This document shows, piece by piece, positions 20,580 through 30,714 of a stretch of DNA of 64,000 nucleotides; position 1 is the first letter of the stretch; every line of letters begins with the position of its first letter. Under the pieces are notes generated by a model. That model searched no databases and had not been told where the DNA came from. It saw only the letters and a program-made list of their open reading frames with translations. This DNA comes from an uncultured Chloroflexia bacterium (GTDB lineage Bacteria; Chloroflexota; Anaerolineae; B4-G1; SLSP01): contig CAVVUS010000011.1 of assembly GCA_963751345.1 (NCBI GenBank), positions 224,001 to 288,000 of the forward strand. The letters run 5' to 3'. The position numbers were made by a program, and so were the translations under genes.

Positions 20580-21663
20580 CTAGATGACCTCCAGGTCCAC
20601 GCGCTCGGGCAGGACCGGGAACGGGGCCGTCGGCAGCGACTGGTACCAGTAGACCACCGAGGCGATATCGTCCTGCAGAGGCAGATAGCGTCCGCCGTTC
20701 CGCCAGCCCAGCGCCTGGATGGTGACCCTGCAGGTCACGCTGGAACCGGATGGGATCGGCAATGTGCCAGCGGTAGAGGCCAAACCGCATCTGCGAGCGA
20801 TAGACGCCGTCGGGCTTGATGACCTGGTGCAAGCCGGCATAGGGAGTCGAGAAGGGCTGGTATTGGTGCAGCGCCCTGTTTTCGAAGTTGTACGAGCCGC
20901 AGAAATAGTCCTCCGTGCCGGTGCCGCAGATGGTCGGGTACGCGTCGTCGCCGTCCATATAGAACTTGATCTCGCCCTCGCCCCACCAGCCGTTGTTGTT
21001 CACGCCCCACGCCATGTAGGTGCCGACGTAGTGTCCGTGGCCCCGGACGCCGTCGAGCAGTGTGTAGACGTCCTTGTAGGGCAGCGGGTTGACGCGGCGG
21101 AATTGGGCGTGGAAGTAGCCGCAGTCCTCCGGAACGTCGGTCAGCGTGTAGTTGATCTGATAGTAGAGCACCATCGGATCGTCGGCGATATTCGTCAGCG
21201 TGATGCGGCAGTGGGTGCGGAAGGGCATCTCCCAGTAGCTGTTGAACGCACTCCCCGGATTCACGCAGACCGCCAGCGACGAGAGCTGTGCGTATTCACC
21301 CCAACCCATCGCGAAGAAGTCCCCGACCGGGCACTCGACCGACGGCTGCTCCTGGCCATCCCAGTAGATGCGCAGGATGCTGAACCGCCAGTTACCGGTG
21401 GGTGTCATCCAGATCTGCTGAATGGCACCGGGGCCGTCGATATCCGCGAGTTCGAACGTCTCCCCGGCGCCGATGCGCACCGACGGTGAGATCTTCCATC
21501 CCGGCCCGAGGTCCCGGGCGCATCGGGCGCCGGTGCCCTCCGTGGCCATCCCGGCTTTGCCTTTTTCGCCCGTGAAGTTCTCGGGGCTGATCGAGCGCGT
21601 CCGTGCGTCGGACAGCCTCGAGAGCGTCCCCATATTCATGCCCAAACCGTTGAAACTCGACAT
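20580..21663 (-). CDS. DUF2961 / GH172 family glycoside hydrolase, frameshift near 20735
   Basis: SISPENFTGEKG, PSVECPVGDFF, WWGEGEIKFY, GTGTEDYF; the C-terminal DDIASVVYWYQ is in the next frame. Confidence 0.88.
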
Positions 21664-21679
21664 TCGATGACCTCCGATT

Positions 21680-23503
21680 TCAGATTTCGATGGGTTCCGA
21701 CAGTTCGCCGTCCCGCCGCCAGAAGTCGACCGCGCGAACCCAATAGACGCCGTGCTCATCGGCAGGCGTGTGCACGAAGACTGAGTCCAGCAAGTCGGCT
21801 TCGTTCACCCTTTTGAACGGCCCGGCGACAGTCGCGGCGTAGAGCACCTCGTAGGTCTGGAGGGTCCGCGCGCTGACGCCGTGCCACGTCAGCAACACTT
21901 CACCTTCACCGGTCATTCCCTCGAACCGCTCCGCGCGGAGCCCTGTGACCTTCTCCGGCCTGATCTGGGGGTCCGCCGTCAACAGTACCAACACGACACT
22001 GGGCAGTACCAGGTCGAAGCTGGTCGTCAAGAGGCCCTCGATGATCCTTACCTGGTGCGGGGCACCCATCTGATGAAGCTCCTGCTGCCTCCGCATCTCG
22101 GTGTATTGCTCGGGTGTCGGATGGTCCGGCGCACCCATCGCCTCCCAGACAGTGAAGGGATCGCCATGCGCTTTGTCGATCCTGTAGTAGGCCAGCACGG
22201 CGTGGCCAAAGGGCAGGCCTTCGAGATTGAGCGTCACCCGCGTGCTGCCGCCTGCCATCATCCTGTCGTCGCTGTTGTAGAGCAGGATCGCTACCTGTTC
22301 GTCGCCCCGCCGGGTGGCAATGACGCCCAGCGGCTCCGACACGTCGCCGGCACCCGTGACCGAGCACCGTTCGTCCCCCAAGAGCGACAGCATCGTCATC
22401 ACGTTGAGCACGGGCTTCTTGATCAGCTCGAACCGTCGCCGCCTCGGATCCTCCTCCATCTTTGGGGCGTCTCGATGCCCGGGGGCCTGTCCGTGATCGA
22501 TGTGATCGAGCTCTGCGAACCGGGCCAGGAGCGTGCGGTGTCCCCACGTCCCAAGGAACCCATTGTCGTTGCTGAGGACAGCATAGTCCACGCCCTTCTC
22601 ATCGACAAGCCTGACCAAGTGCTGGTTGATGATCTTGGCGACCAACGCCGCGTAGTAGGGGCGCGCGCGCCACGTGTGGATTGTGCCCCATCCGACCTGC
22701 GGATCGCACTCGTTGTTGCCGAAAGGCAGCGAGGCGAGGGTGGGGTGATGCTCGCGGATGTAGTCGATGATCCGCGCCTCCCGCTCGACGATGCCCATCG
22801 AGCTGGGGGTAAGGTCCTCCTCGTGCGACCGTACGCCCTTTTCGTGGACTGAGAGGAAGGCCGGGCGGTGGGCAGGCTCGCCGGTGAGCACATTGGTGCC
22901 GCCGTCGCAGTGGGCCAGAAAGGCTTTCAGCGTGTCGGACAGGTTCCTGCACGTGCCGGGGCCTCCCAGGCGAAGCTCGGGGTCGGCGTCCGCCAGGCCC
23001 GCGGCACATGCGTCGTAGTAGATACAGAGGGCTGCGTCGCTCTGCTGCCAGAAGCCGACGTCCGGTTCATTCCAGGTCTCAAAGAGCCAGCCGCGGACCT
23101 CCGACTGTCCATATCGCGAGATCAAATGGCGTGCCAGATCACGTACGAGACGCCGCCACGCGCGTGCCTGGGTCAGGTCGGTGTAGTCGTCGAAGTAGCC
23201 GCCGACGTTGCCCATCAGCTCGAAGAAGGGGCGCAGGCCGTTTCCGACGAGCGCGTCAAGCGACCTGTCGAGGCGCGACCAATCGTAACTCGTCTCCTCC
23301 GTGCCCAGACCTTCTGCCGTGACCAGCTCAAGCAGATAATGGATGCGAACCCACGAGATGCCCCCGTGTGGGACCGCGCCGACGTAGGCCATAGCCTGCC
23401 GCATATCTGCGTCCAGGAGCAAGTTGGCGGGCGTGAATCCGGTGCTCTGCCAGAAGTGGCGCAGCGGCCCGGCGCTCTCGGAGCAGTTGATGTTGAGATT
23501 CAT
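21680..23503 (-). CDS. GH39 alpha-L-iduronidase-like glycosidase with C-terminal Fn3-like domain
   Basis: FWQSTGF, AYVGAVPHGGI, FELMG, FETWNEPD (acid/base), YYDAC, LGGPG, NNECDPQVGW (nucleophile), SNDN, KPVL, VRAVDFW. Confidence 0.85.
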   Translation of the reverse strand: MNLNINCSESAGPLRHFWQSTGFTPANLLLDADMRQAMAYVGAVPHGGISWVRIHYLLELVTAEGLGTEETSYDWSRLDRSLDALVGNGLRPFFELMGNVGGYFDDYTDLTQARAWRRLVRDLARHLISRYGQSEVRGWLFETWNEPDVGFWQQSDAALCIYYDACAAGLADADPELRLGGPGTCRNLSDTLKAFLAHCDGGTNVLTGEPAHRPAFLSVHEKGVRSHEEDLTPSSMGIVEREARIIDYIREHHPTLASLPFGNNECDPQVGWGTIHTWRARPYYAALVAKIINQHLVRLVDEKGVDYAVLSNDNGFLGTWGHRTLLARFAELDHIDHGQAPGHRDAPKMEEDPRRRRFELIKKPVLNVMTMLSLLGDERCSVTGAGDVSEPLGVIATRRGDEQVAILLYNSDDRMMAGGSTRVTLNLEGLPFGHAVLAYYRIDKAHGDPFTVWEAMGAPDHPTPEQYTEMRRQQELHQMGAPHQVRIIEGLLTTSFDLVLPSVVLVLLTADPQIRPEKVTGLRAERFEGMTGEGEVLLTWHGVSARTLQTYEVLYAATVAGPFKRVNEADLLDSVFVHTPADEHGVYWVRAVDFWRRDGELSEPIEI

Positions 23504-23505
23504 GT

Positions 23506-24933
23506 CTAGACCTCCACCAGCACGCTTGCGCGTTCAGTGTGCCGCGGTTCGGGCAGCGACAGAGAGAGCGGGAGCGCTGCCAGGATGCCGACCGCCGTGA
23601 TGATAAAGAGGATCTGGTAATTACTGTGGGACCATTCGAGGATGAACCCGCCCAGGGTCGAGAAGAGCGCCGTGATGCCGCCGAGTGTGTTGGTCAGGCC
23701 CATGTAGAGGGGCCGCTCGGCATCGGGCGCCCATTCCAGGACGAAGGCGGTCCAGCCCGGCAGGAAGCAGCTCATCGAGGCCTGGTTCATCAGAAAGACC
23801 AGGCCGTAGGCCCAGGCCAGCCAGAAAGGGTCGCTAATCCATCGCGGAATGAGCAGCGCCAGAACCGGCACGGCTATCGTGACCGGAATGCTGATCTGCG
23901 TGGCGAATCGTGTGCCTCTGCGCTCGTTGGCCCATCCGAAGGCTGCGGCTGCGAGAATTCCCCCAATGACGCCGATCGAGGTGTAGCGGCCCGCGACCTG
24001 GTCGGGGAGGCCAAGACGGTCGATCGCGTACGTGATGTAGAAGGGTGCTGCGAGGCCGCTCAGACCGAAGAGTTGGCGCGTGATCAGATAGCGACGGAAA
24101 GCGTGGTCTCTTCGCATCACTTTCCCGAGCTGGGGCAGATACTCTCGCCACGTGGGCACTCTCTCCGCCACCACACCCTTGGGTTCGACCCCGTGGGCCA
24201 CCGCAGTGAACGAGACGGCGAGCATGCCGAACCCCAACAGAAAGAGCCACGCGTAGTTGAGCGGAAAGCCGGGGCCCCGAACGCTCAGTATTCGTTCGAC
24301 GATAAATCCCGCCCCGAAGCTGAGGATACCCGAGAGGATCTGGCCTGTGCCGGTCAGGCGTCCGCGGCGGTGGGGTGGGATCGCCTTACTCAGGAAGTCG
24401 AACCATGCCAGGCTTGCCATGCCGTCGCCGATCCAGAAGATGCTGAGCGTGGCGATGGCGATGCCGATCATTAGCCCCGGAGAGCGCGCTCTCGTCACCC
24501 AGATCAGGATCGCCAGGATCAGGATCTGGCTGCGGCTGATGCCCGCCGGGACGAGAATGTACGGCTTCTTGAACGGCTTGTCGGCCAGATATCGGGCCGC
24601 CAGGAGCTGCGGCAGCAGCCATCCGGCCCGCTGCAGGGTAGAGAGCAGCCCGATCTCCGCCGTCGATGCCCCCAATGAGCTCAGGAAACTCGGGATGACG
24701 GTGCTGGGGCCGAAGAAGGCCATCCCAATCCCGAAGAAGCAGAAATCCATCGCCAGGCACCAGAAGTTCCGGCGAAAGCGCGGTGGCAGCGTGCCCTCTC
24801 CAAACGCAAGCTGTCTGGCGAGGCCCTCTTCCTCAGGGGGAGGGATTACCGGACCGGCGCCCCCGGAGGGGGTCGGATGAGGAGGAGGCGCGGTCAGCGC
24901 CAGCTCATCGGACACCGAGGCCACCTCAGGCAT
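23506..24933 (-). CDS. MFS transporter
   Basis: About 12 hydrophobic segments, RRGRL loop, LEWAPDAERPLYMGL. Confidence 0.85.
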   Translation of the reverse strand: MPEVASVSDELALTAPPPHPTPSGGAGPVIPPPEEEGLARQLAFGEGTLPPRFRRNFWCLAMDFCFFGIGMAFFGPSTVIPSFLSSLGASTAEIGLLSTLQRAGWLLPQLLAARYLADKPFKKPYILVPAGISRSQILILAILIWVTRARSPGLMIGIAIATLSIFWIGDGMASLAWFDFLSKAIPPHRRGRLTGTGQILSGILSFGAGFIVERILSVRGPGFPLNYAWLFLLGFGMLAVSFTAVAHGVEPKGVVAERVPTWREYLPQLGKVMRRDHAFRRYLITRQLFGLSGLAAPFYITYAIDRLGLPDQVAGRYTSIGVIGGILAAAAFGWANERRGTRFATQISIPVTIAVPVLALLIPRWISDPFWLAWAYGLVFLMNQASMSCFLPGWTAFVLEWAPDAERPLYMGLTNTLGGITALFSTLGGFILEWSHSNYQILFIITAVGILAALPLSLSLPEPRHTERASVLVEV

Positions 24934-26245
24934 TGGGCAGGTACCCGCCCAAGGTCTTGAGGCGTGCTTGCAGCTCGGGAACGTCCACGGCGTGGACGGA
25001 GAGATCCTTGTCCGCGGCCAGGCTTGCCGCGATCCCCGCGGCTTGTCCGGTAATATAGCACCCGGGCATCACGCGGATGGAGCCCTGCAGAAAGCGGTCG
25101 GTGCTGACGCATCGCCCGGCGACGAGGACGTTGTCCAGGCCCCGCGGCGTCAGGATACGATAGGGGATGCCGTAGCTCTCCCCTCTCCCGTAGCGAAGCG
25201 TCTTGAACTCCTCCTCGAACTTGGCGAAGTCCTCCGAGCTCGGGGTCGAGGCATGGATGTCGACGGGGTAGTTGTAGCGGCCGATCTCGTCCTCGAAGAC
25301 GGCGCGGGCCTTGAAGTCGTCGAGCTTCAGAACGTAGTCGCCCATGATCCTGCGCGTCTCGCGCAGTCCCATCAGGGCGCCGGTTGCCGCCAGCGTCATA
25401 TCCTCGAAACCCTCAAGATATCCCTTGTAGTAGGTCTCATACTCGGCCATGCTCTGGCGTCCCCAGAGCAGCGCCTTGGTCAGCGACCGCTCGTCGGTGC
25501 CGTCGACGCCGAAGGTATGACCGACGTTGCCCCCGCCCATGTGAGCGGATACGGGCCACATGCCCGGCAGGTGGCGGTCCTGGATCGTGAAGACGCCGTC
25601 GGCAAATGCCCGCTCGAGCCCGCTGCCCTGCGCGGGGGTGGCGCGTGCCCAATCCACCCCGCTCCAGAGGCTGCACAGCGTACCCGGCATCATGTTGCCT
25701 TCGGCGTCGCCCTTCTCGAAGGGCGCGCCGGCCCACGTGGCGATGTCGCCGTCGCCGGTCCCGTCGACGAATACCTTCGCCTTGACCGCGAAGAGACCAC
25801 TCTTGGCCGCACAGACGGCGGCTTCGACGTGGCCTCCCTCGTGCTCTATGCCGACCACCTGGGTGTGGAAAGTGAAGTCGATCGTCGTCTGCTCCTGAAC
25901 GACGTCGTCGTAGACGCGCTTGAGTGCCTCAGTGTTGATCGAGACACTGCTGGCCGGATCGTCCCGCGGGGTGTCCGCATACATCTTCGTCCGCTCGTAG
26001 ATCTCGCGGCCAATGCCGTCGGCGAGGAAGTGAACGCCATCGCTGAAACACATGAAGGCCGGAACCAGGCCCGCGGTTCCCATTCCGCCGAAGCAGGCCT
26101 GCCCTTCGGCAATAAAGACGCTGGCGCCCTGGCGCGCAGCTGCCAGGGCTGCCGCAACGCCGGACGGCCCACCGCCCGCGACGAAGACGTCAACCTCGTG
26201 GCGGACCGGAATCTCACGGCGAAACGTCAAGCTCTCTGTTGACAT
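24926..26245 (-). CDS. FAD-dependent oxidoreductase (FAD_oxidored family)
   Basis: VAGGGPSGVAAA, GGMGTAG, VDGTGDGD, RETRRI, YGIPYRIL, VAGRCVS, GQAAG. Confidence 0.9.
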   Translation of the reverse strand: MSTESLTFRREIPVRHEVDVFVAGGGPSGVAAALAAARQGASVFIAEGQACFGGMGTAGLVPAFMCFSDGVHFLADGIGREIYERTKMYADTPRDDPASSVSINTEALKRVYDDVVQEQTTIDFTFHTQVVGIEHEGGHVEAAVCAAKSGLFAVKAKVFVDGTGDGDIATWAGAPFEKGDAEGNMMPGTLCSLWSGVDWARATPAQGSGLERAFADGVFTIQDRHLPGMWPVSAHMGGGNVGHTFGVDGTDERSLTKALLWGRQSMAEYETYYKGYLEGFEDMTLAATGALMGLRETRRIMGDYVLKLDDFKARAVFEDEIGRYNYPVDIHASTPSSEDFAKFEEEFKTLRYGRGESYGIPYRILTPRGLDNVLVAGRCVSTDRFLQGSIRVMPGCYITGQAAGIAASLAADKDLSVHAVDVPELQARLKTLGGYLPNA

Positions 26246-26275
26246 AGGGTATCCCTCCGGTTTTCAGCAAAGCTG

Positions 26276-27554
26276 CTATGCGTCTGCACTAATTCCCGTT
26301 TCCTGTACGGTCTTGTACATCGCCAGGACATTCTCGACGGGCGAGAGCGGCTGGACGTTGTGGATGGTGTTGAAGACAAAGCCGCCGCCGGGGCTGAAGA
26401 TCCGCACCCGTTCGCGCACCTCGGCGCGCACCTCGTCGGGTGTGCCGAAGGGCAGCGTCTTCTGGGTGTCGACGCCTCCGCCCCAGAACGTGATCTGGCG
26501 GCCAAAAGTCTCCTTGAGCATCGCGGGATCCATGTCGGCAGCCGAGCATTGCACGGGGTTGAGGATGTCGAACCCGGCCTCGATGAAGTCGGGGATGAGC
26601 TTGACCACCGAGCCACACGAGTGGATGAAGGTCTTCCAGTTCGTGTTGGCGTGGATCCACGCGTTCATCCGGATGTGGTAGGGCTGATAGAGCGAACGGT
26701 AGGTGCGCGGCGAGATGAAGGGCCCGCGCTGCGTGCCGAAGTCGGTGCCGGTCACCAGCAGCGCCGCCACACGGTTGCCCACGACCTCGTAGATCCGGGT
26801 CAGGTTCTCGATCGCAATCTCGGTCTGGCGTGCGAAGACAGCCTCGACGTATTCGCGGCGCGAGACGGTGCTGATGTACCATTCCTCGACGTCGCGGATG
26901 CCCTTGGGATGCTTGAGCCACGGCGCCGGCACCAGGGCGATGTCGCCGAGACCTGTGCCGCCGAAGTTGGCCAGGATGGCCTTATCCGTCTCGTTGTAGA
27001 GGCGTTCCGACTCCCGCGCGTAGTACGCCAGATCCGCCTCGGAGATCGGGCCGAACTCCTCCAGGTTATCCTCGACATCCAGCGCAGTCGTCGTCGATCG
27101 CAGGCTGGCGAACCGTCGAATCGAAATACCAGCCGCCCGCGGGCATCCTGCCGCTGGGGGGCACGGAAGTGTCGCCCTCGGGATAGAGGAACAGATCGCC
27201 GTTGGGCGCGGGCTCCGTGTTGAAACCTGCCGGCACCAGGACCGGCGTGCCGTCGAAGGTCGTCCACGGCTTCCAGCCCGCGTTCTCGAAACCGAACATC
27301 GTCCTTGGCGCGATCAGTCCGACCACGTCGATGCCCAGGGCCTCCATCAGGTCGGGCTCGATCTCGCCCAGCATCTGGTAGGGCTCCACGACCTTGACAG
27401 GGGTTCCGGTAGGGTCGAGGCCCAGTGCCTGCCGCAGCTTGTAGACGACGCTGACGTGCATACCGGTGACCGCACTGCCGCCAAGGTCGACGGGCACGCG
27501 GTCGGGTTCCTCGTGTGCCAATGCCATCATCACGCGCTCTCGCGATGTCGTCAT
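26276..27554 (-). CDS. Uroporphyrinogen decarboxylase / MtaA-CmuA methyltransferase family protein, two frameshifts
   Basis: MTTSRERV..ALAHEEPDRVPVDLG N-terminus; GTDFGTQ, FIHSCG, NPVQ, FWGGGVDTQ and HNVQP in the C-terminal frame. Confidence 0.85.
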
Positions 27555-27661
27555 CGATCTGCGCTCCTTTCGGATGTGTTGTGCCAGACGCCTGCCGTGG
27601 CCGTCCGCACGACCTCAAGCCGATCTTCGTCGTGGGTGCCCTGACGCTGACGGTTCCGGGC

Positions 27662-27720
27662 CGGAAGACGGGGCGCCGCCCCGTCTCTACGAAAATCGGT
27701 ATGCGGCCGTAGAGACGCGC
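27662..27720. repeat. GTAG-type REP pair
   Basis: CGGAAGACGGGGCGCCGCCCCGTCTCTAC (28/29 match to 16994-17022), followed by an inverted GTAGAGACG. Confidence 0.75.
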
Positions 27721-27726
27721 CAGGCA

Positions 27727-28353
27727 TTATGCTCCGACGGCGCTCAACCATGCCTGCGCAATCAGGGCGTGGCCCGCAGGCGACGGATGGACCCCGTCGG
27801 GAAGCCAGAACCCCATCTCCCGTTTGGTCGCGGCTGCGGCAAAGAGCCCGTCCAGCGGCACAAAGGTGGCCTCAAACTCGCGGGCCAGCTTCCGTGCGAC
27901 GGCAATCTTGGGATCGAGGTCCACCCGCCACGATGCACGGTCCTCTGGGACCGGCAGGCAGAAGGGTTCCAGGATCACGAGCTTTGCGTTCAACTTTTCC
28001 CGTGTCTGCTCCAGGATTGCCCGGAAGTTGGCCCCATAGACCTGGGCAGAGGTCGGATCGTCGCTGTCGTAGCGTCGCCAGGTGTCGTTGATGCCGATAA
28101 GGATCGACACCCACGTCGGCGCGAGGTCGAGGCAATCGGGCTGCCACCGCCGCTTCAGGTCCGCGGCACGGTTCCCACTGATGCCCCGGTTGATGAATCG
28201 CACGTTCTTCTCGGGATGGAGCGCCGAGAACCACGCGGCGACCATCGCCGGGTATCCTCTCCCAAGGTCTACGTCGTTCTCACGACTGCGCCCGGCGTCC
28301 GTGATGCTGTCGCCCTGAAAGAGCACGACAGCGCTGTTTTCGATCTTCGTCAT
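27727..28353 (-). CDS. SGNH/GDSL hydrolase
   Basis: FQGDSIT, NRGISG, IGINDTW, DGVHP. Confidence 0.92.
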   Translation of the reverse strand: MTKIENSAVVLFQGDSITDAGRSRENDVDLGRGYPAMVAAWFSALHPEKNVRFINRGISGNRAADLKRRWQPDCLDLAPTWVSILIGINDTWRRYDSDDPTSAQVYGANFRAILEQTREKLNAKLVILEPFCLPVPEDRASWRVDLDPKIAVARKLAREFEATFVPLDGLFAAAATKREMGFWLPDGVHPSPAGHALIAQAWLSAVGA

Positions 28354-28371
28354 AGGTTCTCTCCTTGTCGA

Positions 28372-30087
28372 CTACAACCACAGACCTTCGGTGTTCCATA
28401 GCGCGAACTCACGATGACCATTGGCCTCGGCCTTGGTCTCTCGCCCGGAGGCCACGTCGAGAATGGTTTGGAAGATCACGGCTCCCATCTCCGGCAGGCT
28501 CAACCCCTCGGTCAACACAGCGCCCGCGTTGACGTCCATGTCCGTATGCATCCGCTCGTACAGCGGGGTGTTAGAGCTGATCTTGATGACGGGCGCGATG
28601 GCGTTGCCGATGCCGGTGCCCCGTCCCGTCGTGAAGCAGACGACCTGGCATCCAGCGCCCACGAGGCCGGGGACCGACAGCTGGTCGTAGCCCGGCGTGT
28701 TCAGCAGGTAGACTCCGGAGTTCCGGCGGTCCCAGACCCACTCGCCGTAGTACATCACGTCTTGGACCGGCGCGCTGCCGCTCTTGGCTTGGGCACCCAG
28801 TGACTTGATGGTGATGTTGAGCAGCCCTCCTGCCTTATTGCCGGGGCTGGGATTCTCCTCCATAGTGTGACCGGAACGTGCGGCATACTCGCGGTACCAT
28901 TGGAGCGCCTCGAAGACGGCGTCGGCGACCTCGCGGTTGACCGCTCGCGCGGCAAAGAGGTGCGCCGCACCGAAGAACTCCGGGACTTCACCGATGACGC
29001 TGCGCCCCCCGGCGCGGACCAGCAGGTCGCTGGCCTGGCCCAGCGCGGGGTTGGCCGTGAGCCCGCTGAAGGCATCGCTGCCGCCGCACTCCAATCCCAA
29101 TGCCAACTTGCTGAGCGGTGCGGGCTCTCGTGCGGTCTCGTTTGCCTCTGCGAGCAGACCGGGCAGCAGCGCAAGCCCTTGTTCAATCGTTGCCTGTGTC
29201 CCGCCCAGTTGCTGGATCGCCAGGCGGCGCACCGGCTTCCCGTAGAGCGCTTCCAGGTCCGACGTGCCGAAGTAGGTGTCAAAGGCCGCGAGGTTCGTCT
29301 TTTCACACCCAAGTTCGACGATGATCGCAGCCCCGACGTTGGGGTGCCGGATGTGCTGAGCGAGCATGCGCAGGGTGGCCTCATACGCTCCCGGCCCCTT
29401 CGTCTCGACCGTGGGGTCCGGACACGCGCATCCGCCGTCGTGCGCGATCGAGGTCACGCCGTCGACGTTGGGGTAGGCATCGCGTGAGTACAGGCCCTGC
29501 AATTCGGCGCGCGTCGCGATCTGGGTCGCCTCGTGGGCGGCACACATACTCGCGGGCACGATCAGCACCCAGTTCCTGATTCCGACCTGCCCATCGGCGC
29601 GGTGGAACCCCTCAAAGGTGGGCAGATCGCCCTCCCAAGGGGGCAGCACAGGTGGATCAAGCACCAGTTGCTCGGCCCCGAGCAGCAGCTCGGACTCGAT
29701 CTCCGGCACCTCGCTGTCGGCGGTATCGTTGTTGATCGGATCGCCCGGCTCGACGCCCCTGGATCGCGCGAAGGGTTGCCCGTACTGGCGAATCCATTCG
29801 CCGGCGGGCACGGGGCGTATCGCGAACCGATGGCCCGCCGGAATGTCGGCGCGCACCACGATCGTGGTCTCCGCTTTATTTGCCCTCTCGCTGTCCGGGG
29901 GAGGGCAGCCCCGGTCCTCCTGCGCGGGGAGGGGGGGCGCCGGGTCCCACGTGAGGACGGTGTTTGCCGGGATAAGCTGCTTTGCGACGGCGACGTGATC
30001 CTGGTCGGGATTGACCACCACGGCCACGTCGCGGAGTCGTTGGGTATTGGGATGTGTTGTCATTGGATTCGTTGAGGTCCTGGTCAC
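28372..30087 (-). CDS. UxaA/GarD family (altronate/galactarate) dehydratase with SAF domain
   Basis: IPAGHRFA, GIRNWV, HDGGC, LGCE, CGGSDAFSG, NPSPGNKAGG, FTTGRG. The start may instead be 30063. Confidence 0.9.
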   Translation of the reverse strand: MTRTSTNPMTTHPNTQRLRDVAVVVNPDQDHVAVAKQLIPANTVLTWDPAPPLPAQEDRGCPPPDSERANKAETTIVVRADIPAGHRFAIRPVPAGEWIRQYGQPFARSRGVEPGDPINNDTADSEVPEIESELLLGAEQLVLDPPVLPPWEGDLPTFEGFHRADGQVGIRNWVLIVPASMCAAHEATQIATRAELQGLYSRDAYPNVDGVTSIAHDGGCACPDPTVETKGPGAYEATLRMLAQHIRHPNVGAAIIVELGCEKTNLAAFDTYFGTSDLEALYGKPVRRLAIQQLGGTQATIEQGLALLPGLLAEANETAREPAPLSKLALGLECGGSDAFSGLTANPALGQASDLLVRAGGRSVIGEVPEFFGAAHLFAARAVNREVADAVFEALQWYREYAARSGHTMEENPSPGNKAGGLLNITIKSLGAQAKSGSAPVQDVMYYGEWVWDRRNSGVYLLNTPGYDQLSVPGLVGAGCQVVCFTTGRGTGIGNAIAPVIKISSNTPLYERMHTDMDVNAGAVLTEGLSLPEMGAVIFQTILDVASGRETKAEANGHREFALWNTEGLWL

Positions 30088-30219
30088 TATGGAATATGCC
30101 AGGCCCCACTATAGCACGGATTCCGCCGAGCACAGCCTGGCAGGAGATTCCGATCCATGGGGTGATGGACCCACGTACAGGGCGTACGCTTGTGGTCAGG
30201 ATAGGGACGTGGTACCGCC

Positions 30220-30437
30220 CTAAAGAAGCGTCAGAAACTCCTCGACCGTCATTCGAGCCTGCCGTATGATGGACCGCAGCGTCCCCGGCTTGAGATCTCC
30301 CGGATGAACCGGGACGGTGACCAGAAGATTGCCTCTACGTAACTGCCGGCGACTTCCTCGCTGGCGCAGTCGCGGAACCCCGCGCTCTGCAGGGCTCGAA
30401 TGACATCGCGGGCACTCAGCGACGGCAGCTTAGGCAT
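30220..30437 (-). pseudogene. hicA: HicA-family toxin, frameshifted and with GSH->GSR
   Basis: MPKLPSLSARDVIRALQSAGF, then in a shifted frame RQRGSRRQL..VTVPVHPGDLKPGTLRSIIRQA. Span is 218 nt, not a multiple of 3. Confidence 0.75.
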
Positions 30438-30714
30438 GCACGCGGATGGAAACGCTGACTCGCAGCAAGAATGTCTCCACGACCGTCCGTGGCGCCGTAA
30501 AGCGGGGATCTTCGGAAGGAGGGACGGGGCGTAGCCACGGCAGTTGGCTTTCGAGTGCCGTCTCAAGGTAGAGCGTCACAGCCTCGGCAAGCTCCGCCTT
30601 CGCGTCAGCTATCGTGTCGCCTTCGGAGGCGACGTCCAGATCCAGGCAGAGCGACGTGTAGCCGACCTCTTCCTGGATGATCACACCGGTAAACACGAAC
30701 GTGTCGTTTTCCAT
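30430..30714 (-). CDS. hicB: HicB-family antitoxin
   Basis: YTSLCLDLDVASEGDTIADAKAELAEAVTLYLE; overlaps the hicA start; TATAAT on the minus strand at 30802-30807. Confidence 0.8.
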   Translation of the reverse strand: MENDTFVFTGVIIQEEVGYTSLCLDLDVASEGDTIADAKAELAEAVTLYLETALESQLPWLRPVPPSEDPRFTAPRTVVETFLLRVSVSIRVHA

